Below, one piece after another: positions 1 to 8,859 of a stretch of DNA of 22,702 bases (position 1 is its first letter; each line of letters starts with the position of its first letter). Source of the stretch: Octopus sinensis. Taxonomy: Eukaryota. The notes under the pieces are model-generated. The model was not told the DNA's origin and ran no database searches. It saw only the letters and a program-made list of their open reading frames with translations. The position numbers and the translations under genes are program-made. The stretch covers positions 1 through 22,702 of the forward strand of contig NW_021823598.1 in the NCBI RefSeq assembly GCF_006345805.1, in the 5' to 3' direction.

Positions 1-13
1 TTATTTCGAATTA

Positions 14-175
14 TGGTGCAAAGCAAGCAATTGTTCTAGGGGAAAGATTGGTGATTACATAGACCTTCGTACTCAGAAAGAATGAAAGGCGAATTCGAAC
101 AAGGTGGTATTTGAAATCTGAACACAATATGCCGGAAGAAATAACTCTAAGCTTTTTTGACCGATAGTTGCACTG
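14..175 (-). mobile_element. Highly degenerate tRNA-derived SINE, family B-like
   Basis: Patchy match to the family B copies (gattacat, gaatgaaaggc, atttgaa, gaaata...ctaagc), in the same order as at 9120-9517. Confidence 0.45.
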
Positions 176-232
176 GCAGAGATCATTGAAAGGTGAGAGA
201 GAAGGTAAGTTGCATAAGAAACAAATAATACA

Positions 233-299
233 TTATTTACATTATTTACATTCGACGGATATTTGTCCTCATCTTGTTTGTTGTTCGGCTGATATACCC
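233..299 (-). repeat. Inverted partial copy of the 3' end of the adjacent SINE (left foldback arm)
   Basis: Reverse complement matches 465-540 (gggtatatcagccg...aacaacaaacaagatgag...ccgtcgaatgtaaataatgtaaataa), with a 12-nt deletion (aacacaacgttt). Confidence 0.9.
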
Positions 300-304
300 C
301 CCAT

Positions 305-568
305 GGCCTTATGGCGTAGCGGTTAAGAGTGCGGGCTACTAACCAAAATTCCGAGATCGATTCCTAGCAGTGACCTGAAAACTAACACTAATAACATCGA
401 AAAATACCTTAGGAATGAGAAACCAGGTTCAAAATTTCCCCCAAAACACCTGAAGAAGGCTGGAGGGTATATCAGCCGAAACGTTGTGTTAACAACAAAC
501 AAGATGAGAAATTTCCGTCGAATGTAAATAATGTAAATAATTCCTCATCTCTTAAATATAGAACTGTA
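305..568 (+). mobile_element. tRNA-headed SINE-like element with a hammerhead-containing 3' region
   Basis: A box TGGCGTAGCGG at 312-322, degenerate B box GAGATCGATTCC at 353-364, AAT-rich linker, hammerhead fold at 445-490, (atgtaaata)2 tail. The 3' boundary is approximate (540-568). Confidence 0.8.
445..490 (+). ncRNA. Minimal type I hammerhead ribozyme fold
   Basis: Stem I AACAC 445-449 / GUGUU 486-490; core CUGAAGA 450-456 plus extra A; stem II GGCUG/CAGCC; GAAA 478-481; palindromic ACGU stem III; predicted GUU^ cleavage after 485. Confidence 0.8.
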
Positions 569-925
569 AAGAAATAATAAAGTGAGAGATAGAAGGAGAG
601 AAGGGAAAGAGGGAGAGAGGGAAGAGACGGGGAGAAACGTAAAGGAGGAAGAAAGTAAAAAAAAAAGGTGAGAAAGTAATTTTAAAAAGTGATAGACGGG
701 TGAAAGAAAGAAAGATAGAGTGAAGAAAAAGAAGAAAAATGTAAATTAGACAAAAAAAGATAGAATGTATAGAAGACAGAAAAAATAGAAAGACAGGAAA
801 AAAAGATTTAAAAAGAAGCAAAAGGAAGGAAGAAAGGAAAAAAAGAAAAATAATTGCAAGTAAAGAGTAAATAGAAAAGTAAGACTGAAAAAAGCAAGGT
901 ATAAGGAGGTGGAGGAGAAGGAGTG
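555..925. repeat. Purine-rich low-complexity tract
   Basis: Almost entirely A/G on the + strand, degenerate (GAAA)n/(GA)n. Confidence 0.85.
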
Positions 926-928
926 GAG

Positions 929-980
929 ATAATGGCTTCAAATTTTGGCACAAGGCCGGCAATTTCTAGTAGAGAAGGTT
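929..980 (-). mobile_element. Family B SINE 3'-end fragment
   Basis: aataatggcttcaaattttggcacaaggccggcaattt, repeated at 1124-1202 and related to the ends at 7418 and 9120. Confidence 0.55.
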
Positions 981-1123
981 TGTCTAATACTTCGACCCCT
1001 GTTCTTGATCGGTAATTTTTCTATTATTGAACACGCGAAGATGGAAGCAAAATTGAGCTCAATTGGATTTGAACACAAAACGTACAGATCTAGAAACGAA
1101 TCTGCTAGATCACTGCCTTTTAA

Positions 1124-1202
1124 ATAATGGCCTCAAATGTTGGCACAAGGCCGGCAATTTTAGTGGGAGGCGTAAATCGATTACATCGACCAGTGTTCAA
1201 CT
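1124..1202 (-). mobile_element. Family B SINE 3'-end fragment
   Basis: ggcacaaggccggcaatttt...tcgattacatcgaccagtg matches the family B tail and central domain. Confidence 0.6.
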
Positions 1203-1404
1203 CATGCCTCTTTAAGTGTAAAATACTTTAAATAGTTATAAATTGACCGTGTAAGTTAAAAAATAAATAGAAGCATAACTTAATTAAAGGTGGCATAATA
1301 TGCTTCTTGTAACTCAATCTGGCAAACCAGATGAAGTCTGCAATGTAGTTCTATTGGTTTTGAAAACCTCGTGAAGCGAGAAAATTATAACATTGACAGG
1401 AATG

Positions 1405-1414
1405 GATATATATA

Positions 1415-1453
<39 letters not shown>

Positions 1454-1672
1454 GGGATACAAAATGGGACAGAAACGCAAGACATCCGGACAACTAGGTG
1501 ATACAAAAGGACAACAAAATATCCAGATAGACGATACAAGGTGATACAAAAAAGGTGATAGAAAACTTCGAATGACCCTTCCTTGTTTTCTTTGTATCGT
1601 CTATCTGAATGTTTTGTCGTCCCTTTTTGTATCACCTAGTTGTCCAATGTTTTGCATTCTTGTCCTATTTTG

Positions 1673-1730
<58 letters not shown>

Positions 1731-1775
1731 TATATATATATTATATATATATATATATATATTAATATGTATATA
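1405..1775. repeat. Two (TA)n microsatellites around an internally repetitive, partly self-complementary spacer
   Basis: (TA)n at ~1405-1452 and ~1678-1775. The spacer repeats gatacaaaa/aaggtgatac and has reverse-complement copies (ttttgtatcacctagttgtcc vs ggacaactaggtgatacaaaa). Confidence 0.75.
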
Positions 1776-1924
1776 GGCGCAGGCACGGCTGTGCGGTAAG
1801 GAGCTTGCTTCCCAACCACATGCTTCCAGGTTCAGTCCCACTGCGTGTCACCTTCGTTGTCTTCTACTAAAGGATCGGGCTGACTAAAGCCTTGTGAGTG
1901 CGTTTGTTATATGCATGTGTGTGT

Positions 1925-1976
<52 letters not shown>

Positions 1977-2150
1977 CAGTCATCGTTTGAGAACCGATGC
2001 TGGAGTATTTATGTCCCCGTAAGAGACCGATAGAATAAGTACCAGGCTTGCAAATAATAAACCTTGGGGTCGAATTCTTCGACTAAAACCCTTTAAGGTG
2101 GTGTTCCAGCATGGCCGCAATCAAACTGACTGAAACAAGTTAAAGAATAA
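1776..2150 (+). mobile_element. tRNA-derived SINE family A (octopus OK/OR-type, exact name not assigned), with an internal (GA)n
   Basis: A-box-like ggctgtgcggtaag, B box ggttcagtccc, internal (GA)n at 1927-1974, 3' tail ggtggtgttccagcatggccgcaatcaaactgactgaaacaag. Confidence 0.85.
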
Positions 2151-2679
2151 ATGAATATATATATTCAAATCGACCACCCACCTCACTTACTTGATAGTTA
2201 TCTATCTTTCGTTTTCATCGCTCCACAAAGGATTCTAATCAGATTGGGTGAGATTAAATTCCAATATCCATTAAGGGATATCTAAATGTCACAAGCTGGT
2301 TGAAACGAAATGCTCATATTTTAAACTTCACAATAAAAGGATAGAAAATAAAACCTAAAAAAAGGTTATGCATGGTGAGGAGGGGAAATAATTAATAAGG
2401 ATCAGTGTTTCAGTATAGCGCCACCGAAAGCAGGAGAGATCCTATCTTACTCATAATATGTTATACTGAAGTTAATAGATAATAAGATAGAGGATGAGGT
2501 GAGAGAAAAGCTATGTGGTGAGTCTGGTGTTGAAAAACAAGAGAGGAGATAATGTGATTAAAACCGAATGACTGTGGTTAATGACATACCTGAGTAAAGA
2601 TGTGCCCTTCGAAATCCTCTGATTCTGTGTTTCCTCCCGATTGTACGGCTATTTAAGAAAATATCTTCATTCAACTTTT

Positions 2680-3093
2680 CCTTTCATTTCATCTAGTTTC
2701 AGCTCACGAGCTGTGGTCATGCTGGGGCACCGCCATTCGGTGTTGCTACATGATTTTACTTCACGAATGCTTTTTAGCAATTGACATTTGGTGCATGAGA
2801 GAGTTTGATGCAGCTGCTCTCATCTGCACCTCCTGTCGTGAAGTTGGTTCATCTGGGGACACCTGACAGAAAGAGGTCCAGTTTTATTTTAAAGATATCT
2901 GCATCCACCCAATGCAGGTCTCTCAGGTCCTTCGGGAGGATATTGAAGAGCTGTGGACCTCTGAAGCCCAGGCTATCACAGTATCTTGTTCTACATCTTG
3001 ATGGCAAATTTGGAGTCCTTGGCACTAGGCAGTGGCGCCCAGTTCTAGTATTTGTGTAACTCTCGATGCCAAAGTTTAGGACAAGTCCTTCCA
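2680..3093 (-). mobile_element. 5'-truncated CR1/L2-group LINE: ORF2 C-terminus plus 3' UTR
   Basis: EGLVLNFGIESYTNTRTGRHC...GPQLFNILPKDLRDL...FKIKLDLFLSGVP, then a +1 frameshift into DEPTSRQEVQMRAAASNSLMHQ*; ends in a hairpin and an (atgaa)-like tail. Confidence 0.85.
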
Positions 3094-3519
3094 TTATAAC
3101 CGCGAAAAGTCTGTTTGGTATTCCAGAAAGTGATCCGATATGGAAACAAACGATCTCATTGCGTCAGTGTGGGAAGCGATTTACTTAAATCTACACTAAC
3201 AAAACTTATAACAAAATAACATAATCAAAAGTTGGCCTTGTTTTACGCTAAATAAATGAAGGAAAGAAATATTTAACTTTTCGGACATACTTGTCCTTCA
3301 TCTGACAGAAAGAAAGAGAATAAATACAGATGAGAAATCCGCACGTCTTTAAGAAGAGATCATTTTCTTTTTAGTGAGGCAGAAGCGACAACAAAAGGAA
3401 ACAGATCTTTCTCACCGGAAAGTTCTCAAAGCGACGTAATACAGAGTATGTGTGCATGCTTGTGCTTAGACATATTCAGGATTATGTTAATCTAATTTAA
3501 GTAGACAAGCGTTTATGTC

Positions 3520-3530
3520 ATATATTTATA

Positions 3531-3586
<56 letters not shown>

Positions 3587-3650
3587 TATAATATTATATA
3601 TATATATATATTATATGAATATATATATTATATATATATATATAGTATAT
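3520..3650. repeat. (TA)n microsatellite
   Basis: Direct reading. Confidence 0.95.
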
Positions 3651-3654
3651 AAGT

Positions 3655-3925
3655 ATTAAGGGTTTAGCAACGATTGCCTCACCACACACCGAATTTAGAA
3701 ATAGCAGTCAAAGAGTTTTGGCTATTCTTTCTACTTAAAAGGGAGATCCCAGTAAAACCACAGCACTTAAAAGGCAAACACGCAGGCAAAAGAGAAAGAA
3801 ATGACGACATCATTCTATATTAAGTCACCTACGGACGTACGTTTCGGAATTAAGTCATCTAGCAGAGCATAAAAATTAAATAATTATGTCTTACCTAACT
3901 AATTTTTCCTCTTCAGCGTAGGACT
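3655..3925 (-). mobile_element. Penelope-like pseudo-LTR remnant (hammerhead cassette)
   Basis: Hammerhead at 3828-3922, then the shared 15-mer (3698-3712) and a terminal gttgctaaaccc abutting (TA)n. The 3' end resembles that of 5171-5395. Penelope assignment is inferred. Confidence 0.6.
3828..3922 (-). ncRNA. Type I hammerhead ribozyme fold with a fully canonical core
   Basis: Stem I CCUACG/CGUAGG (6 bp); CUGAAGA 3916-3910; stem II closed by G-C, G-C, A-U, A-U with a long insert; GAAA 3845-3842; palindrome ACGUACGU; GUC^ between 3834 and 3833. Confidence 0.85.
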
Positions 3926-4127
3926 CTTCAATTATAAATAATTGCGTCTCAATTATTAATAATTGTGTATTAAATTTGAAGGCACTAGAAGACATCACCT
4001 CAACTCATGGTATCAGAGCGAGCGTAATTATATTGATAATTATAATTATATTGATAATTATATATATATGTATATATATATTTATATATATATATACATA
4101 CATATATATATATATATATATACTCAT

Positions 4128-4322
4128 TTGCTCTCTCACTTGTTTCAGTCATTTGACTGTGGCCATGCTGGAGCACCGCCTTTAGTCGAGCAAGTCAACC
4201 CCAGGATTTATTCTTTGTAATCCTAGTACTTATTCTATCGGTCACTTTTGCCTAACCGCTAAGTTACGTGGACGTAAACACACCACCATCAGTTGTCAAG
4301 CGATGTTGGGGGGTGACAAACG

Positions 4323-4384
<62 letters not shown>

Positions 4385-4550
4385 CATATATACGACAGGC
4401 TTCTTTCAGTTTCCGTCTACCAAATCCACTCACAAGGCTTTGGTCGGCCCGAGGCTAAAGTAGAAGACACATGCCCAAGATGCCACGCACTGGGACTGAA
4501 TCCGGAACCATGTGGTTCGTAAGCAAGCTACTTACCACACGGCCACTCCT

Positions 4551-4551
<1 letters not shown>
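4128..4551 (-). mobile_element. tRNA-derived SINE family A, near full length, with internal (CA)n/(TA)n
   Basis: Reverse complement has head ggagtggccgtgtggtaagtagcttgc...ggttccggattcagtccc and tail ggcggtgctccagcatggccacagtcaaatgactgaaacaag. Confidence 0.9.
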
Positions 4552-4586
<35 letters not shown>

Positions 4587-4635
4587 GTTTACCAATTTGT
4601 GTTGCAAGATTCCTGATGTGAAATCGTGTGTTGAA

Positions 4636-5155
4636 ATTGTTGTATTTCGGGTGGGTCATTCTTTTTGCCAAATAAACACACGCACTATATATTTGTTTTT
4701 CGCTCGTTTAATACTGTTCCTACTTATTTATTTTTTTAATATCATGCCCATTGCCCAGAAATCTTTCGTCACACATCTGTGACCTCTTCAGCGACACTTT
4801 TCGTTTTCGTTTGTGATCTTGCTTCACTTATTGGAGTTAGGAAAACAGAAAGAGGGGCAGTGAGTGACAGGGGTGATTGAAGATAGGGAAAGAAAGTAGG
4901 GACTAGTAATCCACGATTTCCTATGAGGGGGCCATGTTTTTAGTCAGATGGAATTAATAAAGGAAAGAAAGGCTTTTAACATTGCATTCTTGAAAAAGCG
5001 GAGAAAGAGCACACGCGAAAACGAAAAGTGTCACTGAAGAGGTCTGTGATGAGTTTAACAAAAGAAATAAGAGCAGTAATAAACGAGTGAAGAATAAATG
5101 TATAGTGCGTGTGTTTATTTGGTAAACAAAAATGACCGTCCCGAAATACAACAAT
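4636..5155. repeat. Foldback element with ~150-180-bp imperfect inverted arms and a hammerhead-like core
   Basis: 4636-4820 is the reverse complement of 5004-5155 (e.g. gccaaataaacacacgcactata / tatagtgcgtgtgtttatttgg; cacttttcgttttcg / cgaaaacgaaaagtg). Confidence 0.85.
4752..4797 (-). ncRNA. Degenerate minimal hammerhead fold
   Basis: CUGAAGA 4791-4785, extra G, stem II GUCAC/GUGAC, GAAA 4767-4764, AGAUUU-C^ (near-palindrome of AGAUCU). Stem I is weak and bulged. Confidence 0.55.
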
Positions 5156-5170
5156 ATATATATATATATA

Positions 5171-5395
5171 AAGGGCAAGCAACAGGTTGCTTAGCCACAT
5201 ACCGAAAAATTAGAAATAGCAGTCAAAAACTGCTTATTTCTATTTTCTACAAATATAACTCCACATATAACGTATACATGTAACTCACATATGTAAAACA
5301 GGATGAAACATAACGAAAACAAAGTCTACGGTTTGTTACGGACGCGTTTCTGGGTCAGAATTATAAACAAATTCATTCCCGTCTTTAGCGCAAAA
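5171..5395 (-). mobile_element. Penelope-like pseudo-LTR remnant with a mutated hammerhead
   Basis: Hammerhead fold at 5336-5393, shared 15-mer at 5213-5227, terminal gttgcttgccc abutting (TA)n. Confidence 0.55.
5336..5393 (-). ncRNA. Hammerhead fold with a G5A core mutation (probably inactive)
   Basis: Stem I UUGCG/CGUAA; core CUAAAGA; stem II GGG...GAAUU/AAUUC...CCC; GAAA 5350-5347; palindrome ACGCGU; GUC^. Confidence 0.65.
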
Positions 5396-5716
5396 TTCCG
5401 TTAGATCGATTTGCAAATTTTAATTTACATACCTCTTGCTTCCCGACCTCGCACCATCGGAGAAAGCAGGAGATAGTCTCAACAGAGGCCAAATCCATAT
5501 AAACGAATGAATTCGTATTTTCCCTCCAAAATTTTACCATGTGCGTCAATCCATAGTTCTATTCCCGAGGAACTATTTTTATGACGCACATGGTAAAAGA
5601 GATACCACCACTCTTGAAATAGCAGTCAAAACGTGACTCTAAAACCCACATTAAATGGTCATACAGCACCAGGAGAGAAGAGAAAAAGACAATAAACTAG
5701 CAAAAATTACTGGATA

Positions 5717-5775
5717 ATTCCAGATCCCGGATTTCTGACTATACATAAGAAATGCTTTACCTTCATCAGTGGAAT
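5717..5775 (-). ncRNA. Hammerhead fold (left arm)
   Basis: AUUCCA-CUGAUGA-A-GGU...GUC-A-GAAA-UCCGGG-AUC^-UGGAAU. Confidence 0.65.
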
Positions 5776-5942
5776 ACACTCAGATAAATACATACATATA
5801 TATATATATATACAACATGCGATATATTTACATATACGAGCGTATACATACATATATATGACGTATGCACACGACCAGTTTAAATTGCCCGCCTTAAAAC
5901 TCGTATGTTGTATATATATATACTTATGTGCTATCTGAGTGT

Positions 5943-6001
5943 ATTCCACTGATGAAGGCAAAGCATTTCTTATGCAAAGCCAGAAATCCGGTATCTGGAA
6001 T
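5943..6001 (+). ncRNA. Hammerhead fold (right arm)
   Basis: Stem I AUUCCA 5943-5948 / UGGAAU 5996-6001; CUGAUGA 5949-5955; stem II GGC-aaa-GCAU/AUGC-aaa-GCC; GAAA 5983-5986; CCGG palindrome; AUC^ after 5995. Confidence 0.7.
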
Positions 6002-6163
6002 TATCCAGTAATTTTTGCTAGTTTATTTTGTCTCTTTGTCTTCTCTCCTGGTGCTATATGAACATTTAATGTGGTTTTAGAGTGAAGTTTTGACTGCTAT
6101 TTCAAGCGTTTAGATACCCTAAATTATAATTGTAAATAATACACATATGATATATATATATAT

Positions 6164-6240
6164 TTAGAGAGTGAGAGAGAGAGAGAGACTGGGACAGCAA
6201 CAGAGAGAGGGAGACAGGCAGATAGATAGATAGATAGATT

Positions 6241-6325
<85 letters not shown>

Positions 6326-6355
6326 GAAATGAAAGAGAAAGAGAGAGAGAGAGAA
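6164..6355. repeat. Compound (GA)n/(GATA)n microsatellite
   Basis: (GATA)n at ~6221-6324, flanked by (GA)n. Confidence 0.95.
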
Positions 6356-6705
6356 TAAATGGTAGGGAAGAAAGGAATGAGACTGCATACTTTGACAGAA
6401 CGGAGAGACGTGAAGCGTGAAGGTAATGGTGGTGGTGGTGGGGTGTCTACTATGACTCAAACATAACCCAGCTGGTTGACGCATGTGGGGTGATGGAAGG
6501 GGGTGCAATGAGGGCCGAGGGGCGAGATGCAGTGGGTGGAATATCTGGGATTGGGTTAAAGTGCTTAACGCAAGACTTTTGTAGTAGAAGGGCTATGACA
6601 CTTTGCCGAAATGACGCGACTAGGAGAGGCTTGCAATTCGGGTGGGTTGCAATAGAGGCGTCGTTGTCAATACTGCTTTTGACGTTGTTGTTGTTGTTCC
6701 CCCGT

Positions 6706-7085
6706 GGAGGCGCAATGGCCCAGTGGTTAGGGCAGCGGACTCGCGGTCGTAGGATCGCGGTTTCGATTCCCAGACCGGGCGTTGTGAGTGTTTATTGAGC
6801 GAAAACACCTAAAAAGCTCCACGAGGCTCCGGCAGGGGATGGTGGTGATCCCTGCTGTACTCTTTCACCACAACTTTCTCTCACTCTTACTTCCCGTTTC
6901 TGTTGTACCTGTATTTTAAGGGGCCGGCCTTGTCACTCTCTGTGTCACGCTGAATATCCCCGAGAACTACGTTAAGGGTACACGTGTCTGTGGAGTACTC
7001 AGCCACTTACACGTTAATTTCACGAGCAGGCTGTTCCGTTGATCGGATCAACCGGAACCGTCGTCGTCGTAACCGACGGAGTGCT
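6706..7085 (+). mobile_element. tRNA-derived SINE family C with tail X
   Basis: A box TGGCCCAGTGG, B box GTTTCGATTCC; 3' tail gagaactacgttaagggtacacgtg...gttgatcggatcaac...gtcgtcgt shared with 12072-12345. Confidence 0.85.
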
Positions 7086-7417
7086 TCCTCCCTGTTGTTC
7101 TCCATATTGCTTTTGATGTTGATGTTGTTCTTGTTGTTGACGTCGTCGTCGAAGTTTAGCTCTTCTCGACTCTGATGGAGACGAACCTTTGATCAAAGTT
7201 ATTGAAATCATGATAATTGCGGTTCGTTGTTTTTTAATTATGTACTCTGGACTCTTATTATCAACTGTCATTTATTTTTAAGTCGATGAGTCGTTTTCCA
7301 ATGTAAATTAATTAACTTTCATCTTCGACCTTAAGATGACAACGCCGAACATATTTATTTCGGTTCTGCTAAACCTCATCAGTGAAGCACAGTGGGATTT
7401 CTATTGTTATATCTTCT

Positions 7418-7577
7418 TTTCTACTCTACGCACAAGGCCCGAAATTTTGTGGAAGGGGGCCAGTCGATTAGATCGACTCCAGTATGCAACTGGTGCTTAA
7501 TTTATCGACCCCGAAAGGATGAAGGGCAAAGTCAACCTCGGCTGAATTTGAACTCAGAACGTAGCGGCAGACGAAAG
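7418..7577 (-). mobile_element. Family B SINE, 5'-truncated
   Basis: Central domain cctttcggggtcgataaattaag (reverse complement), B-box region gagttcaaattc, tail ggccttgtgc. Confidence 0.85.
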
Positions 7578-7711
7578 CCATTGTAAATAATAATGTCATT
7601 GTTGTCATAATTGTATCATTTTTTTCTTGTTTCAATCAGTGGGAAGCGGTCATGCTGGAGCCCTGTGTACAAATGTCTACTTCTCATTTGATATATGTGG
7701 ATATAGTTATA

Positions 7712-8009
7712 GTGATCACCATGACCGAACAGGCTATTAGATGTTGCTACACATCGCTGGTCATAGTGCGCTTCGCATTGTTTTAGCCTTCAAATGACGC
7801 CGCCTCGCTGGCTAAGCGAGCGGGCCAACAGAAGAAAGAGTGAGAGAAAGTTGTGGCGAAAGAGTACAGCAGGGATCACCACTACCCCCTGCTGGAACCT
7901 TGTGGAGCTTTTAGGTGTTTTTGCTTAATAAACACTCACAACGCCCGGTCTTGGAATCGAAACCGTGATCCTACGACCGCGAATCCGCTGCCCTAACCAC
8001 TGGGCCAAT
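7712..8009 (-). mobile_element. tRNA-derived SINE: family C head with a different tail Y
   Basis: 7835-8009 matches the reverse complement of 6712-6890; 7712-7830 is unrelated to tail X. Confidence 0.85.
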
Positions 8010-8270
8010 GTTATAGTAATATATCATAAATGGTAAAAGAAAATGAAGCGTTTGAACAGAGCATAGTCATTTTATTTACATTTCGTCAATTATATAAGCC
8101 TACATGAGGGGTGACTAATGTGTTGGGGAAATTTTTCAGACAATAATTTCAAGCATAAATTTATCAACAGCAAGAATAAATACGTATTTAAGAAATACAA
8201 TTAAGATAGAAAAATTAAATTATAGGTCAAATAGACAATATAAAAATACAACTTCTAGTAAATCTAATAA

Positions 8271-8428
8271 CCCTTTCTACTGGAACACAAGGCCTCAAAT
8301 TTGGGGGAAGGGATTCAGTCGATTACATCGACCCCAGTGCGTAACTGGTACTTAATTATCGACCCGAAGGATGAAGGGCAAAGTCAACCTCGGCTGAATT
8401 TGAACTCAGAACGTAGCGGCAGACGAAA
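8271..8428 (-). mobile_element. Chimeric family B SINE at the duplication junction
   Basis: Left part matches 9120-9205; right part carries the variants of 7500-7577 (gggcaaagtcaacctcggctg). Confidence 0.85.
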
Positions 8429-8563
8429 GCCATTGTAAATAATAATGTCATTGTTGTCATAATTGTATCATTTTTTTCTTGTTTCAATCAGTGGGAAGCG
8501 GTCATGCTGGAGCCCTGTGTACAAATGTCTACTTCTCATTTGATATATGTGGATATAGTTATA

Positions 8564-8859
8564 GTGATCACCATGACGAACAGGCATTAGATGTTGCTAC
8601 ACATCGCTGGTCATAGTGCGTTCGCATTGTTTTAGCCTTCAAATGACGCCGCCTCGCTGGCTAAGCGAGCGGGCCAACAGAAGAAAGAGTGAGAGAAAGT
8701 TGTGGCGAAAGAGTACAGCAGGGATCACCACTACCCCCTGCTGGAACCTTGTGGAGCTTTTAGGTGTTTTTGCTTAAAATAAACACTCACAACGCCCGGT
8801 CTTGGAATCGAAACCGTGATCTACGACCGCGAATCCGCTGCCCTAACCACTGGGCCAAT
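8564..8859 (-). mobile_element. Duplicate of the family C head / tail Y SINE
   Basis: Second copy within the tandem duplication. Confidence 0.85.

Larger units (their letters stand above)
5616..6103. repeat. Foldback element with ~175-bp arms, each carrying a hammerhead fold; TA/CA-rich spacer
   Basis: 5616-5790 is the reverse complement of ~5925-6103 (ctagcaaaaattactggataattccagat / atctggaattatccagtaatttttgctag). Confidence 0.9.

Noticed and set aside
305-375. Possible true tRNA gene
   Set aside because: Degenerate B box, no complete cloverleaf or T-run terminator, and it continues into a repeat body; it is a SINE head. The same applies to 1776, 6706, 12345 and 17430.
552-962. 136-aa hydrophobic ORF on the - strand
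   Set aside because: It is the reverse complement of a purine-rich low-complexity tract; the F/L/S richness is compositional.
3275-3304. Hammerhead-like CAGAUGA-A-GGAC/GUCC-GAAA on the - strand
   Set aside because: U4A core change and no pairing stem I; at best a decayed remnant, so not counted as a fold.
5433-5520. AG|GTATGT donor on the - strand with an open frame
   Set aside because: No convincing acceptor upstream and no recognisable protein.
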